From positions 11,333-75,332 of the forward strand of contig CANOWY010000003.1 in assembly GCA_947571135.1 (NCBI GenBank): DNA of 64,000 nucleotides, in the 5' to 3' direction. This DNA comes from an uncultured Mycoplasmatota bacterium. Lineage in GTDB: Bacteria; Bacillota_I; Bacilli_A; RF39; UBA660. The notes under the pieces were generated by a model, which worked only from the letters and a program-made list of their open reading frames with translations, was not told where the DNA came from and ran no database searches. Below, one piece after another: positions 10,015 to 20,643 of the stretch (within the stretch, counting starts at the first letter, position 1; every line of letters starts with the position of its first letter). Position numbers and translations under genes: made by a program.

Positions 10015-10354
10015 AATGGTTCTCCTTTATAAAATTGTATTATAAAAATGAAAAATTATGTTTTAAAAAATGGCTACCTCCATTATGAAAAAATTTTTTA
10101 TTTTTTAAATATTTTATAGAGTATACAACTTTTCTTTTGCCAATTTAAAAAATTAAGTATTGAAAATGATAGAATATAACAAAAAAAAATCCTTTTAACA
10201 AGGATTCAATCACACTTATAATATTCTTCACTTTCTTCAAGTCTTCTAGCATACCCTGCCGCAACACAAAAAGAATAAAGAAAGAAAAGATAGCATAACA
10301 AAACACCAATAAAAATATACTTCATAAAAAACAACCAACCTTACTAATCTGTTA

Positions 10355-11098
10355 TTAGTCTTCCCCTAAATACACCTCTATATTCTCATTTTTTAAAACT
10401 TTCAAAGGATTTTCATAAGTGAGTTTTTCAAACTTTTCAATGGTTATTAATTTAATAATCTCTTTTCTTATCTTTTTCATATTTTTAAATAATACATCAT
10501 CACTATGATGAATATCAGTGGCCAAAAAATGGTATTGATTATTCTTTAACATATACAAAAATAAGTGCTTGGCATGTTTCCCATATTTACCTATTATGTT
10601 AGAAAAATTCCCTTGAAATAAACACCCCATTTTTAAAAATTCCTCTATTAATTTATGATTCTCTTGCAAATAAAGATATCTTTCTGGGTGAGCAATAATA
10701 GGAACATAATCTCTACTACGAAGATAAAACAGAAGTTCCAACATTTCTTGCATAGGGCTAGAAACTGGAAGTTCAATTAATAAATAGCGACTCCCATTTA
10801 ATGAAGTAATTTCATTATGACGGAGTAAAGAAAGAATAGCCGTATCAATAAAAATTTCATTCCCTAAATACAAATGTATAGGAATATTCTCATTTTTTAA
10901 ATACTCTTTTAAATTTTCTAATTGCTCATATTTGGCATAATTATTGCAAACGTATTTACTGCCCGTAATATAATGCGGAGTTGCAAGAATATGGGTAATT
11001 CCCAACTTATACATTTTTTTTAGTAACAAAACACTTTCTTCTATACCTCTTGCGCCATCATCAATCCCGCATAGTATATGAGAATGTATATCTATCAT
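10355..11098 (-). CDS. cpsB: PHP-family protein-tyrosine phosphatase CpsB/Wzh
   Basis: 247 aa starting MIDIHSHILCGIDDGA (metal-dependent PHP phosphatase motif). Adjacent to a BY-kinase. Confidence 0.75.
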   Translation of the reverse strand: MIDIHSHILCGIDDGARGIEESVLLLKKMYKLGITHILATPHYITGSKYVCNNYAKYEQLENLKEYLKNENIPIHLYLGNEIFIDTAILSLLRHNEITSLNGSRYLLIELPVSSPMQEMLELLFYLRSRDYVPIIAHPERYLYLQENHKLIEEFLKMGCLFQGNFSNIIGKYGKHAKHLFLYMLKNNQYHFLATDIHHSDDVLFKNMKKIRKEIIKLITIEKFEKLTYENPLKVLKNENIEVYLGED

Positions 11099-11108
11099 TT
11101 AAAACACC

Positions 11109-11777
11109 TTACTCATAATAATTTCCATAATAACTGCCATGTATATCATTTGTACGATTCACAATAATTCCTGCAATATCCGCTCCAACACTCATTAAAC
11201 TTTTCTTAGTAAACTCTAATTCATTAGTTTTGGTTTGATTAACAGAAGATACAATAACAGTTTTATCTACATATTTTGTCAATATAAGAGAGTCCGTAAG
11301 ACCATTTACTGGAGTACCATCTAAAATAATATAATCAAATTTATCTGCTAAAGTTCGCAAAAGAACTTTTGTCTTTGGCGAATTTAATAACTCACTTGGA
11401 TTTGGAGGAACCACACCTTTTGATAATAAATATAAATTTTCAATACGTGTTCTTCTAATATAACTGTTAAAACGCACTTCTACATTTTCAAGTAATAGAT
11501 TAGAAAGACCTTTATCATTTTCAATTTCAAATATTTTATGAAGTCTTCCTTTTCTCATATCACAGTCCATTAACAAGACTTTACTTCCATTTTGAGCAAA
11601 TGCAGTTGCTAAGTTAGTACTAATAAAACTCTTTCCTTCCCCTGGAACAGAAGAAGTCACCAATATAGAACGTACTTTTTTATCAACTCCAGAAAACTCT
11701 AGATTTGTTCTAATAATACGTATGGCCTCTGCAACACTAGATTTCGGATTCTTATCGACAATGATCTCATCTTTCAT
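11109..11777 (-). CDS. cpsD: BY-kinase (capsular tyrosine autokinase) CpsD/Wze
   Basis: 222 aa with Walker A SSVPGEGKSF, Walker A' ILLMDCDMRKG, Walker B IILDGTP and a C-terminal Tyr-rich tail GSYYGNYYE. Confidence 0.8.
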   Translation of the reverse strand: MKDEIIVDKNPKSSVAEAIRIIRTNLEFSGVDKKVRSILVTSSVPGEGKSFISTNLATAFAQNGSKVLLMDCDMRKGRLHKIFEIENDKGLSNLLLENVEVRFNSYIRRTRIENLYLLSKGVVPPNPSELLNSPKTKVLLRTLADKFDYIILDGTPVNGLTDSLILTKYVDKTVIVSSVNQTKTNELEFTKKSLMSVGADIAGIIVNRTNDIHGSYYGNYYE

Positions 11778-12493
11778 TTACGTTTTCCTCCTTTTTTCTT
11801 TTTAGTATAATCTGGTACAGAGCCTAAAATTGTAAGTCCAAACTTTCTTTCTACATCATTAACACTCTTTATCGTAGTATCAAAATAATAGAAAATGAAA
11901 AGTACAAATATAGCAACTGCTACTCCTGCTCCAACATAAAGAATCACTTGTTTAGATATATTAAAATTAGAAGGATAATCTTCAATTTCGGCTGAATCTA
12001 ATATGGAAACATTGGACAAATTATACAAATCTTTTGCTTCTTTACTAAATACTTCCGCTACTTCATTGGCAATGAAATAGGCCTGTTTTGCAGAAGCATC
12101 TGTTACAGAAATCTCAATAATCTCTGTGTCTTTAACTGCGCCTACGTTAATCATTTTCGCAAGTTCGACAGTACCATACTCTAATTTTAAATTTTCAATG
12201 ACTTGATTTAATACTCTTCTACTTTTTACGATTTCTTGATAAGTACTTACTAATTTTGAATTTACAGTTAAATCAGATTGCGTAATACTAGAAGTTTCGC
12301 TACTACTAAATCCAGTTAATATAATACTTGTTTTTGAAGTATATTTAGGTTGTTGTAAAAAAACAGAATACAAACACCCTAAAGTAACAACAAAAGCAAC
12401 AATTGCAAAAAATTGAACACTTTTATTTAGAAAATATGATAATAAATCCTTTATATCAAGTTCTTCCATAACGCCTCTTCCTATTCTATTCAT
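11774..12493 (-). CDS. cpsC: Polysaccharide chain-length regulator / BY-kinase transmembrane activator CpsC/Wzd
   Basis: 239 aa with two TM helices flanking a periplasmic Wzz-like domain and a basic C-tail. There is a 4-nt overlap with the downstream kinase. Confidence 0.65.
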   Translation of the reverse strand: MNRIGRGVMEELDIKDLLSYFLNKSVQFFAIVAFVVTLGCLYSVFLQQPKYTSKTSIILTGFSSSETSSITQSDLTVNSKLVSTYQEIVKSRRVLNQVIENLKLEYGTVELAKMINVGAVKDTEIIEISVTDASAKQAYFIANEVAEVFSKEAKDLYNLSNVSILDSAEIEDYPSNFNISKQVILYVGAGVAVAIFVLFIFYYFDTTIKSVNDVERKFGLTILGSVPDYTKKKKGGKRK

Positions 12494-12552
12494 AATTATA
12501 TCATAAGGAATTTTCTTTGTATAGAAAAAAACCGAAACTTGTCTTTCTGCTT

Positions 12553-13461
12553 TTACTGCTTAATTTTATAAGTTAGTGGGATAATATTTTCACTTCTAAT
12601 AAAGTTTGCAATAAGTTGTTCTTGCTTTTTAGAAATGATAATCCCAATTGTTTTGTTGTGCATTGGTTCTTTTAGTTGCTCATCAATTAATTTCATATAA
12701 AACTCTATTTGGGCTTTATCTTCTTTTCTTAGTTCACGTAATTTTAGTTCTACTGCGAAAAAACAATTCAATTTATAATTAAATAAAAGAATATCAATGT
12801 AATAATTCTTGTTGTTATAACTTATTTTATATTGGTTATCGATTAACGCAAATCCTTCTCCTAGTTGACTAAAAAACATTTGTAATTTCACAAGAATAGT
12901 AATTTCTAAATCACGTTCAGAGGTAATTGCTTTATTCTTTTCAAGTTCAATAATAATAGGATTTTGCATCGTATCCAGAAGGGAGAATCTTTTGGAAGGA
13001 GTTATAATTTCAATTTTATCTGGTTTCTTTATCAATCGTTCATAAGCATTGTTTTTGATTTCTTGTATAAGTTCTCTTTTTGACAAATTCTTTGTTATAC
13101 AGATATTGATATAAAAATTCCTTTTATTTTCATCTTGAATCGGTAATAATTCGCGAATATGACTCCAAGTTAATTGGTGCCCCACTGGTGCACCTTTTTG
13201 AAAACATTGGAAAAATTGTCTAAATCTCTTTAAATTTGTAGCATCATAACCTTTACCATATCTCTCCGTATATTTCATACTCCATTCTTTAATTAAACCA
13301 TTTCCATACTTGGCTCTTTCTTTTCCACCTTGCGCTTCTACTAAGAGTCTTCCTATATTCCAATAGTTTTCTAAAGTACTTTGGTTTTCTTCTAATATTC
13401 TTACTTTTTTACTTACTTCATTCTTTTTTATAAACAATTCAATTTCTGTGTAATAATTCAT
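12553..13461 (-). CDS. DUF1016/YhcG-family PD-(D/E)xK nuclease-like protein
   Basis: 302 aa. The N-terminal part (YWNIGRLLVE...GKGYDATNLKRFRQFF, YhcG N-domain) and a C-terminal PD-(D/E)xK-like core (FALIDNQYKI...IDILLFNYKLNCFFAVELK) match the YhcG family. It is embedded in the cps locus. Confidence 0.6.
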   Translation of the reverse strand: MNYYTEIELFIKKNEVSKKVRILEENQSTLENYWNIGRLLVEAQGGKERAKYGNGLIKEWSMKYTERYGKGYDATNLKRFRQFFQCFQKGAPVGHQLTWSHIRELLPIQDENKRNFYINICITKNLSKRELIQEIKNNAYERLIKKPDKIEIITPSKRFSLLDTMQNPIIIELEKNKAITSERDLEITILVKLQMFFSQLGEGFALIDNQYKISYNNKNYYIDILLFNYKLNCFFAVELKLRELRKEDKAQIEFYMKLIDEQLKEPMHNKTIGIIISKKQEQLIANFIRSENIIPLTYKIKQ

Positions 13462-13533
13462 AATATCCTCCTACTATTATATATACACTGTAAATTGGTA
13501 TTTTCCTTTTTTTAAACAAAAAATACCTTCTTT

Positions 13534-14019
13534 TTATGAAGATATTTTGGCTTTACTTTTTTTCTTATCAAGTATATCCAAAAAAAGAACTCCTACACTT
13601 GCCCCACTTGTATCAATAAATACATCAAAAAATCTTGCAGTACGTTCATTTACAAATAATTGATGGAATTCATCAGTACACGCGTAGAAAAAACAAAACA
13701 ATATAGAATAAAGAAATGCATGTTTTACTTGATAATTTTTTAAAGTTAAAAATACTAAAACGCCAAGCAATAAATATATAATAAAATGTGCCCCTTTTCG
13801 AATCAAAGTCCTTGTATTTACAATATAATCTTCTTTTTCTTGCATAGTTGTCTCTTTCTTTAAGATTTCAGACTTAATTTCTAACGTTTTCTTTGCCACT
13901 TCATCACTTAATCCTTGGCTAGTTTTAGCATTTTGATTAGAAAAGAAAAAGATAGTCGCCATACAAAGAAAGACCAATACAGAAAGTAATATCCTTTTAC
14001 GCTTCATGTAAAACCTCAT
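13534..14019 (-). CDS. VanZ-like membrane protein
   Basis: 161 aa with an N-terminal TM and the VanZ core (CTDEFHQLFVNERTARFFDVFIDTSGASVG). Overlaps the LCP gene end by 23 nt. Confidence 0.6.
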   Translation of the reverse strand: MRFYMKRKRILLSVLVFLCMATIFFFSNQNAKTSQGLSDEVAKKTLEIKSEILKKETTMQEKEDYIVNTRTLIRKGAHFIIYLLLGVLVFLTLKNYQVKHAFLYSILFCFFYACTDEFHQLFVNERTARFFDVFIDTSGASVGVLFLDILDKKKSKAKISS

Positions 14020-15445
14020 TTATTTTTTGTTTTGCAACCTTTACACTATTCATATTAGGCTCCATAACATACAGTTTATATTTTGTTCCCATACTATGAG
14101 TATAGTCCATATTTCCACTTCCTGTTACTGCAAAAGATTCAATTTTCCAAGACGGCATTTTTTCGAGTTGATATTTTATAAATGAAGTAATTTCTTCCAT
14201 AGACATATCCGTTTGGAAAGTTCCATCTAGAGCATTTAAAATACTATTATACTTACTAATTAAAACTGTAGAATTCGTTAACTTCTCTAAAATAGCCGTC
14301 ATGACCTGTTGTTGATTTGCTCCACGATGATGATCTCCTGTCGTATAAGCATAACGTTCCCTAGCGTAGGCTAAAGCAAGTTTTCCGTCAAAATGATTCC
14401 AGCCTTTATTGATGAATCTACTATCGTTTCGAGGTTTGTATGCTAAATCCGAATTAATATCAATTCCTCCAATTACATCTACGACTTTCACAACCGTATT
14501 AAAGTTTACCCTAACATAATGAATAATATCAATTTCATAAAAATTTTCTAATGTCTTAATACTTTTGTCTATTCCATAAATCCCTGCATGAGTTAATTTA
14601 TCTTTTAAACCCGTTGTGCCAGCAAGTTGCACATAATAATCTCTTGGTGTATTTACAAACAAAATATGATGTGTATTTGGGTTTATAATAGCCAGTTGAT
14701 TTACATCACTTCTACCACGAGAACTTACAACGTCTCCCCATTGGTCAATTCCACTAATATAAAGAATAAATGGAGACATAGTAATTTCAGCATTCTCTTT
14801 TGTTTCCTCGTTTTCAATATGTAATTTTTCTTTTATCTCAAAAGTATAAATCACTTTGGTACTATTTTCAAAAGTATCTATCTCATCTTTTAAAATAGTC
14901 AAATAACTATCTTCCAAAACAATAGCGTCGGCTTCCTTTTCTAATAAAGCGTCCACTACACTACCAAATTCATCATTTAATACTTCTTGATACTCTATTT
15001 TACTTTGTAAAATATTTCGAATTTCTTCTTGATAATCATTATTTAAATAGAAAATCGTTTTCTCTTGTAAATCATCCATTTTTTGATAATTCAATTCATT
15101 AAGAACAATAACAGAAAAAGTAAGCGTATCATACTCTTGTTGTGTATTTTCAATAAAAGTATAAGTATTTTTAAGATACACCACCCCAAAACAAAACATA
15201 ACTCCAAAAATGACAAATAATAGAGAAACAATCACTTTTAAGCATTTATTCTTCTTTCTAAACAACAAAAAGATAAATAGTAAAAAGAAAAGAAAAACCG
15301 CAACAAATCCCCCTATTAAAAATTTAAAAGGAACTATGTTTAATTTTAGCAAAAAATAACTAAACCTACCACAACTTCCTAGAAAGAAAATCACAAATAA
15401 AGCACGAAGCAATATAGAAATTTTTTCCATTTTTGTTTTTTTCAC
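13997..15445 (-). CDS. LytR-CpsA-Psr (LCP) family polymer-to-peptidoglycan ligase
   Basis: 482 aa with N-terminal TM helices, an accessory domain and an LCP catalytic region (FVNTPRDYYVQLAGTTGLKDKLTHAGIYG...RERY). Confidence 0.75.
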   Translation of the reverse strand: MKKTKMEKISILLRALFVIFFLGSCGRFSYFLLKLNIVPFKFLIGGFVAVFLFFLLFIFLLFRKKNKCLKVIVSLLFVIFGVMFCFGVVYLKNTYTFIENTQQEYDTLTFSVIVLNELNYQKMDDLQEKTIFYLNNDYQEEIRNILQSKIEYQEVLNDEFGSVVDALLEKEADAIVLEDSYLTILKDEIDTFENSTKVIYTFEIKEKLHIENEETKENAEITMSPFILYISGIDQWGDVVSSRGRSDVNQLAIINPNTHHILFVNTPRDYYVQLAGTTGLKDKLTHAGIYGIDKSIKTLENFYEIDIIHYVRVNFNTVVKVVDVIGGIDINSDLAYKPRNDSRFINKGWNHFDGKLALAYARERYAYTTGDHHRGANQQQVMTAILEKLTNSTVLISKYNSILNALDGTFQTDMSMEEITSFIKYQLEKMPSWKIESFAVTGSGNMDYTHSMGTKYKLYVMEPNMNSVKVAKQKINEVLHEA

Positions 15446-15557
15446 AACTATCCCTCCTTTTTCTCTCCGTTATTCTAGCATATTTTTATATGAATAGATA
15501 GATAAACAGCAAAGCCTTACAGAATTTACTCCAATTCTATCCTTTATTCGGCAATTT

Positions 15558-16934
15558 CTATCTTTTTCTTATAATGTTTTTTATTTCTGCATAACAAGTT
15601 TTTAAAGTAGGATTCATAAAAACAAATAGTAAGAAAATGGTTAAAATTGTATAAAGAATCCCTCCATAAATAGCCCTACAAAAATATCCTGTTGTTAAAA
15701 ATAAAACCAAAATACACAAAATACAAATATAATCTCCACCCTTTAAGCGATATTCTTTAAAATGAAACTCTCCGATAACAAACCACAAAATATTAGTAAA
15801 CAAAGTAGCAATAGCAAAAGACTCTATTGTTTTAGATATAGCATAACACAAAAAATTCATGCCAAGAGAAAATAAAATGATAAATCCCATAATTCCAAAA
15901 TATTGATTTTGTTTTTTATTTGCTTTATACAAATTGGTATGTATACAACGAATAATAATAGAAACAACTTGAGAAGAAAAAAGTATAAATACAACATAAG
16001 AAGCCTCTTGGTATTTATCTAACCATATTTCAACTATAAATTGTATTGGATACACTAAAAAAATCATAAGAAAGGACAAAATCAACATAACCCTTTTGAT
16101 CAATACTATTTTCGTTTTATCGTTATTTTTACATAAATAATTGTACATCACAACACTTAAAGGACTAACAATTGTATTCATTAAATTCTCTAAACTAACA
16201 GCAAAAGAATAATAGGCAAAACGAACAATTCCTAAAAAATGATTTACTAACAAACGATCAAGACTTGTAAAAATTACATTGGAAAAATTCCCGAGCATTA
16301 AAAAAAATCCTTCTTTAATATTATTTTTTAAATAAGAAAATTGAAAAGAAGATTTGACTTTGCCAAATAAGGTATTCACTTCTAATTCTAAAAGGAGCCA
16401 ATAAACAAAATAAAATAAAATGTATCCTAAAATATAATAATTTGCATTGTCTGTTTTTATAATAAACAATAGAAAGAAATTCACAAAAAACGTAAACAAA
16501 GTATTTAAATTTGTAAATTTAGCATATTTGTCAAATTTTCCAGTGGCTTGATATAAATTTCTTAAATAATTGCCTATATTGATAGGTAAAATCGATAAAG
16601 AACAATAAAATAAAATAGAATTTTTAAGAAGAATGCTAATAAAAAGGCAAATAACTGTAACAAAGAATTGAAATATTTTAAATGTTTTAAATTCATATTT
16701 TACTTCAGAATTATTAATACACTGAATCTCTTTTCCACCATATTTTAAATACATTCCGTCTGAAAAACCTAAATGTAAAATTCCTATATAAGCAATATAC
16801 AATTGAAATAATTTAATATTGGAATAAGAATCAATCGATAACATCTTAGGTAAAACAAAACCTGTTATTACACTGATTATTAATCCCAACATATTTGCTA
16901 AAAAAACATAAACAAAACCTTTTTTTAAACTCAT
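15558..16934 (-). CDS. wzx: Wzx-type polysaccharide flippase (MOP superfamily)
   Basis: 458 aa, about 12-14 predicted TM helices, typical Wzx size and topology inside the cps locus. Confidence 0.6.
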   Translation of the reverse strand: MSLKKGFVYVFLANMLGLIISVITGFVLPKMLSIDSYSNIKLFQLYIAYIGILHLGFSDGMYLKYGGKEIQCINNSEVKYEFKTFKIFQFFVTVICLFISILLKNSILFYCSLSILPINIGNYLRNLYQATGKFDKYAKFTNLNTLFTFFVNFFLLFIIKTDNANYYILGYILFYFVYWLLLELEVNTLFGKVKSSFQFSYLKNNIKEGFFLMLGNFSNVIFTSLDRLLVNHFLGIVRFAYYSFAVSLENLMNTIVSPLSVVMYNYLCKNNDKTKIVLIKRVMLILSFLMIFLVYPIQFIVEIWLDKYQEASYVVFILFSSQVVSIIIRCIHTNLYKANKKQNQYFGIMGFIILFSLGMNFLCYAISKTIESFAIATLFTNILWFVIGEFHFKEYRLKGGDYICILCILVLFLTTGYFCRAIYGGILYTILTIFLLFVFMNPTLKTCYAEIKNIIRKR

Positions 16935-16938
16935 TTAA

Positions 16939-17799
16939 TCACTTACTTTCAAAAAACCTTTTTATCCAATTTTCATAATCATAATACTCTATAATTTCTT
17001 TAGAAATTTTTACACAAGGTTTTTTTAGAAAAGTGGGAAGTTTATCTAAAGAGTCTTCCCCTATAATAAAGATATTGTTTTTGTTATAAAATGAATAATT
17101 TTTAATATCTGCATTATTTGTAATTAATTTTTTTTCCAAAAATAAAGCCTCCATTGTACGTAATGTAAGTCCAGTTTGACCAGGTGCTAAAATATCTAAT
17201 AAACTTTTACTTTCGCTTACAATTTCTAAATAATCTTTATAAGAAATAAAGTCCGATTCCTTCTTTATTACTATTAATTTACTATGAAGATGAAGTCTTC
17301 TAAAAGAATTATCCATTTCATCTATACAATTTGCCCTTCCCTTGTCTCGTCCTAAAAACAGGATATCATACTTTAAATTCTTCTTTATTGGTTGCACTTG
17401 ATAGGTATAAAATTGAGGATTCCATTGAAGATGATATTTTTCAGAATCCTTTTTATCAAAAGTCCAAATTTCACTAATGTACGAATCATTAAGAATCCAG
17501 TGGTTATACTCCCCGATAACATTCCAATAATAAAATATAATTTTACAGTTCGGATTTTTCTTTTTTATATATTTAGAAATATTTGTTCTATACAAAGTAT
17601 CAAAAATAATAACACAATCTATATTTTTTATTCTTTTTGTCCAATTTCCAAAAAGAAGATAATTCATTTTTAATTTAGAAAATACTTTTAAAATCAATTT
17701 AGGAATTTTTTCTCTATAAAATCCATATATTTCTTTTTCACTTAATTGTGGAAAAAAAATAGTGAAAATATCATACCTTAAAATTATATACTTTTTCAT
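16939..17799 (-). CDS. Putative capsule-biosynthesis transferase (GT-B-like C-terminal motif)
   Basis: 286 aa soluble protein. LAPGQTGLTLRTMEALFLEKKLITNN resembles the GT-B C-terminal nucleotide-sugar-binding motif. The exact family is not recognised. Confidence 0.3.
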   Translation of the reverse strand: MKKYIILRYDIFTIFFPQLSEKEIYGFYREKIPKLILKVFSKLKMNYLLFGNWTKRIKNIDCVIIFDTLYRTNISKYIKKKNPNCKIIFYYWNVIGEYNHWILNDSYISEIWTFDKKDSEKYHLQWNPQFYTYQVQPIKKNLKYDILFLGRDKGRANCIDEMDNSFRRLHLHSKLIVIKKESDFISYKDYLEIVSESKSLLDILAPGQTGLTLRTMEALFLEKKLITNNADIKNYSFYNKNNIFIIGEDSLDKLPTFLKKPCVKISKEIIEYYDYENWIKRFFESK

Positions 17800-17901
17800 G
17801 TTTTATCCTTTCAACCTACTAACATTTCTTATTTTGACTACATTCTATCAAAAGACTGCATTTTTTAGATATTGGCTAACTATTTTTTACGACCGAGATA
17901 A

Positions 17902-18813
17902 TTAATTTTCTCCCCTATGATTTTTATGTATTATAATTTTAGGATTTTGAAAAATATTATTTCCTAAGGTTGTAATTTGCTTTACTTGGATGTTCTTTTT
18001 CCAAAGAACAAAAGGAAGCGAAATTTGATCTCGTAAACTAGAAGTATTTAATAATTCCAAAAACCATGCCTTTAATATTTCTATTGCCATTTTATTATGT
18101 AAATCTGAAACAATCATACCACACTCTGCCATACCATATTTTTTAGGAAATCCCTCCTTTTTATATTGTTCTATTTGACCTTGCAATAGTTTTTGATTTC
18201 CTTTTTTTAAAATTTTACAGGCTTCATATTCATCATAAATACAATGACGAAAACGATGTGTATGTAAAGCAATTCCAAGAGGGCCAACGCTATGAATTAA
18301 AGTAGAAAGATCTGAGATTATTTGCACACTTCCATCTACATAAATAGCATAGTCATACTCTTTAAATAACAAGGATGGATTTAATTTATAAAAACGATTT
18401 AAAAGGGTACCATTGCTTTTATACTTTTCCATTATTTCTTTCGGAATCACTTGAACGTTCCATTTTTCACTTTTTAGATTCCCGTCATCTGTAAAAAGAA
18501 TATAATCACAATTTGGCACTTTTAATAAAGGTTCTCTTACCTGATCGTAATTTCCTGTAATACACGTATATATGACTATTTTCTTATCCAACACTGGAAT
18601 ATTTTGAATATTGTACTTTGTTGGTTCACTGTTTTCATATTTTCTTATTTTATTATGAATCATTATCTTTTTTAAAATCGTAAAAATTTTACCTCGTTTG
18701 ATTAAATTTTTAAATTCCAATAATTTGGCTCCTACTCTATATTCTTTGGAATATAAAATAGCATTGTACTCTGTCACAATTTCTTCTAATGCTTCCATAA
18801 TCTCTTTATTCAT
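17902..18813 (-). CDS. DUF616-type (TOD1/MUCI70-like) putative glycosyltransferase
   Basis: 303 aa with an ITGNYDQV...ILFTDD...YVDGSV pattern. I recall this family from streptococcal cps loci, from memory only. Confidence 0.35.
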   Translation of the reverse strand: MNKEIMEALEEIVTEYNAILYSKEYRVGAKLLEFKNLIKRGKIFTILKKIMIHNKIRKYENSEPTKYNIQNIPVLDKKIVIYTCITGNYDQVREPLLKVPNCDYILFTDDGNLKSEKWNVQVIPKEIMEKYKSNGTLLNRFYKLNPSLLFKEYDYAIYVDGSVQIISDLSTLIHSVGPLGIALHTHRFRHCIYDEYEACKILKKGNQKLLQGQIEQYKKEGFPKKYGMAECGMIVSDLHNKMAIEILKAWFLELLNTSSLRDQISLPFVLWKKNIQVKQITTLGNNIFQNPKIIIHKNHRGEN

Positions 18814-18828
18814 AAAAAAGAACTCCTT

Positions 18829-19890
18829 CTAATTAAAAATACTTACATACGGTACTAGGGAACTATTATAAACGGTAAAGTTTAAAAAATAAAGAATAAA
18901 ACAAAGTCCTAAAACCGAGTAATAGATTCTTTTATTATTTTTATATTTTGAATATTCTATGGCATTTGGTAAACTAGCACATAAAAATACCCCGAAATAG
19001 AAACTAATACGAATCATTTCCCCTAAAACTGGTGTTAATGCTGCAAAACACACACACAAAAATTGTAGGTTCAAAAGAATTCGATTTTCAAATTCGTTCT
19101 TTTTTTCTTTAAATAAATATAACATAAAAAGATACAATAAAAAATTAATAGCAAAAAAGACTAAACTCATAGATTTTCCAATAGTAAGATAGTTAGAAAA
19201 ATGCCCCGAATCAAAAATAGAAAAAATGAAAGTAAAAATAAATTCTCTAAGTAATGTAGAACATAATAAAATCAATAACATTAAGAAAGTCTGCTTCCAA
19301 CCAATTTTAAAATGAACAACAGGATAAGCAATTAAAAAGACTAATGCTGTACGGTGAAACAATGTGGCTAGTAAAACACAAAGTATAAAAGGCATTGCCC
19401 TTTTTTGTTTCAAATAATCATAACTAAAAACCAAAACACTTGCCGCCAAAGTATGTCGCAACGCTGAAAAACTAAAACAATAGTAATTTAAAGAAAGGAA
19501 AACCAAATAACTTAATAACGGATTTTTAGAATACTTGTAAATAAAGCGACTTACTACCAATACATAAGGAATCGACATAATAGTCAAATAAAAATGAATA
19601 TTCTTACTAAACAAAGAGATAATTTTATTTAAAAGATAAAATAGCACCTCCGTTTGGTGGTTTTGAGTAAATTGAATGGTTTCTGCAAAAGATAAGTTTT
19701 TAATAATATTAAAATAAGGAATATAAAGTCCTTGTAAATCAACTCCCATTGAAGTGTCACGTAAAGCAAGCATTAAAAATAAAATAATTCCAATAAAAAT
19801 ACAATATTTTTTTTTATAATTTTTAAAATTCCTCTTCATGATAAAATAAGATATTACTACAATGAATACTAAAATAAGATAAGGTACCAC
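18829..19890 (-). CDS. wzy: Wzy-type (EpsG-family) polysaccharide polymerase
   Basis: 353 aa, about 10-11 TM helices with a large loop. Placed between glycosyltransferases and the flippase. Confidence 0.5.
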   Translation of the reverse strand: MVPYLILVFIVVISYFIMKRNFKNYKKKYCIFIGIILFLMLALRDTSMGVDLQGLYIPYFNIIKNLSFAETIQFTQNHQTEVLFYLLNKIISLFSKNIHFYLTIMSIPYVLVVSRFIYKYSKNPLLSYLVFLSLNYYCFSFSALRHTLAASVLVFSYDYLKQKRAMPFILCVLLATLFHRTALVFLIAYPVVHFKIGWKQTFLMLLILLCSTLLREFIFTFIFSIFDSGHFSNYLTIGKSMSLVFFAINFLLYLFMLYLFKEKKNEFENRILLNLQFLCVCFAALTPVLGEMIRISFYFGVFLCASLPNAIEYSKYKNNKRIYYSVLGLCFILYFLNFTVYNSSLVPYVSIFN

Positions 19891-19915
19891 TCTAAACCAC
19901 CTCTTTTTATTCCAT

Positions 19916-20635
19916 TTAATTCTTTTTTATTCTTTTCCAAAATTCTCTTATTAAAGATACTCTATTTTGAATCATTTTCAGTAAAGGATAATGATGCATA
20001 GCAGAAACATTTCCATAATGTCTACGATATTTTATTAATTTTTCTTTCATAAAATAGACACTTCCATATTTTTCACACAATAACCCTATCCATTGGTCGT
20101 GCATTTCAATTGTTTCTGGGATTGGTAAAATAGACTTTGCCATATCTTTAGAAAATGCCATACAACATCCCAGATATCTATTTTTGTATATATTCCTTAT
20201 TATACCAGATTTTGATTTACGATGTTCAAAAAACGAATCCATTAAATTTTGGGTTGTATCTTCATTCACAACAATACAATCATGTACTATACCTGTACAT
20301 TGTCTTTCCTCCAAAACTTCTAAAACTTTAGAAACTTTATTTTCTAACCATATATCATCTTGATCAGATAAAAAAATATACTTTCCACTACAATTTGCAA
20401 TTGCATTAGCAAAATTTTGCTTTACTCCTTTTTTAGGACCTTCTATTATTTTAATTCGACTATCACAAAATGATTTTATTATAGTAAGAGTATTATCTAT
20501 TGATCCATCATCCGAAATAATGATTTCATCATTCTCTTTTAAATTTTTTAAAATAGACGTAATTTGTTCTTTTATAAATCTTTCTCCATTATAAGTTGCC
20601 ATAGCAACAGATATAAAAAAATCTCTATCCTGCAT
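19916..20635 (-). CDS. Family 2 glycosyltransferase
   Basis: 239 aa with a FISVAMATYNGERFIKEQI...IISDDGSIDNT GT-A signature and a DxD (DQDD). Confidence 0.7.
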   Translation of the reverse strand: MQDRDFFISVAMATYNGERFIKEQITSILKNLKENDEIIISDDGSIDNTLTIIKSFCDSRIKIIEGPKKGVKQNFANAIANCSGKYIFLSDQDDIWLENKVSKVLEVLEERQCTGIVHDCIVVNEDTTQNLMDSFFEHRKSKSGIIRNIYKNRYLGCCMAFSKDMAKSILPIPETIEMHDQWIGLLCEKYGSVYFMKEKLIKYRRHYGNVSAMHHYPLLKMIQNRVSLIREFWKRIKKN

Positions 20636-20643
20636 ATATCTCC

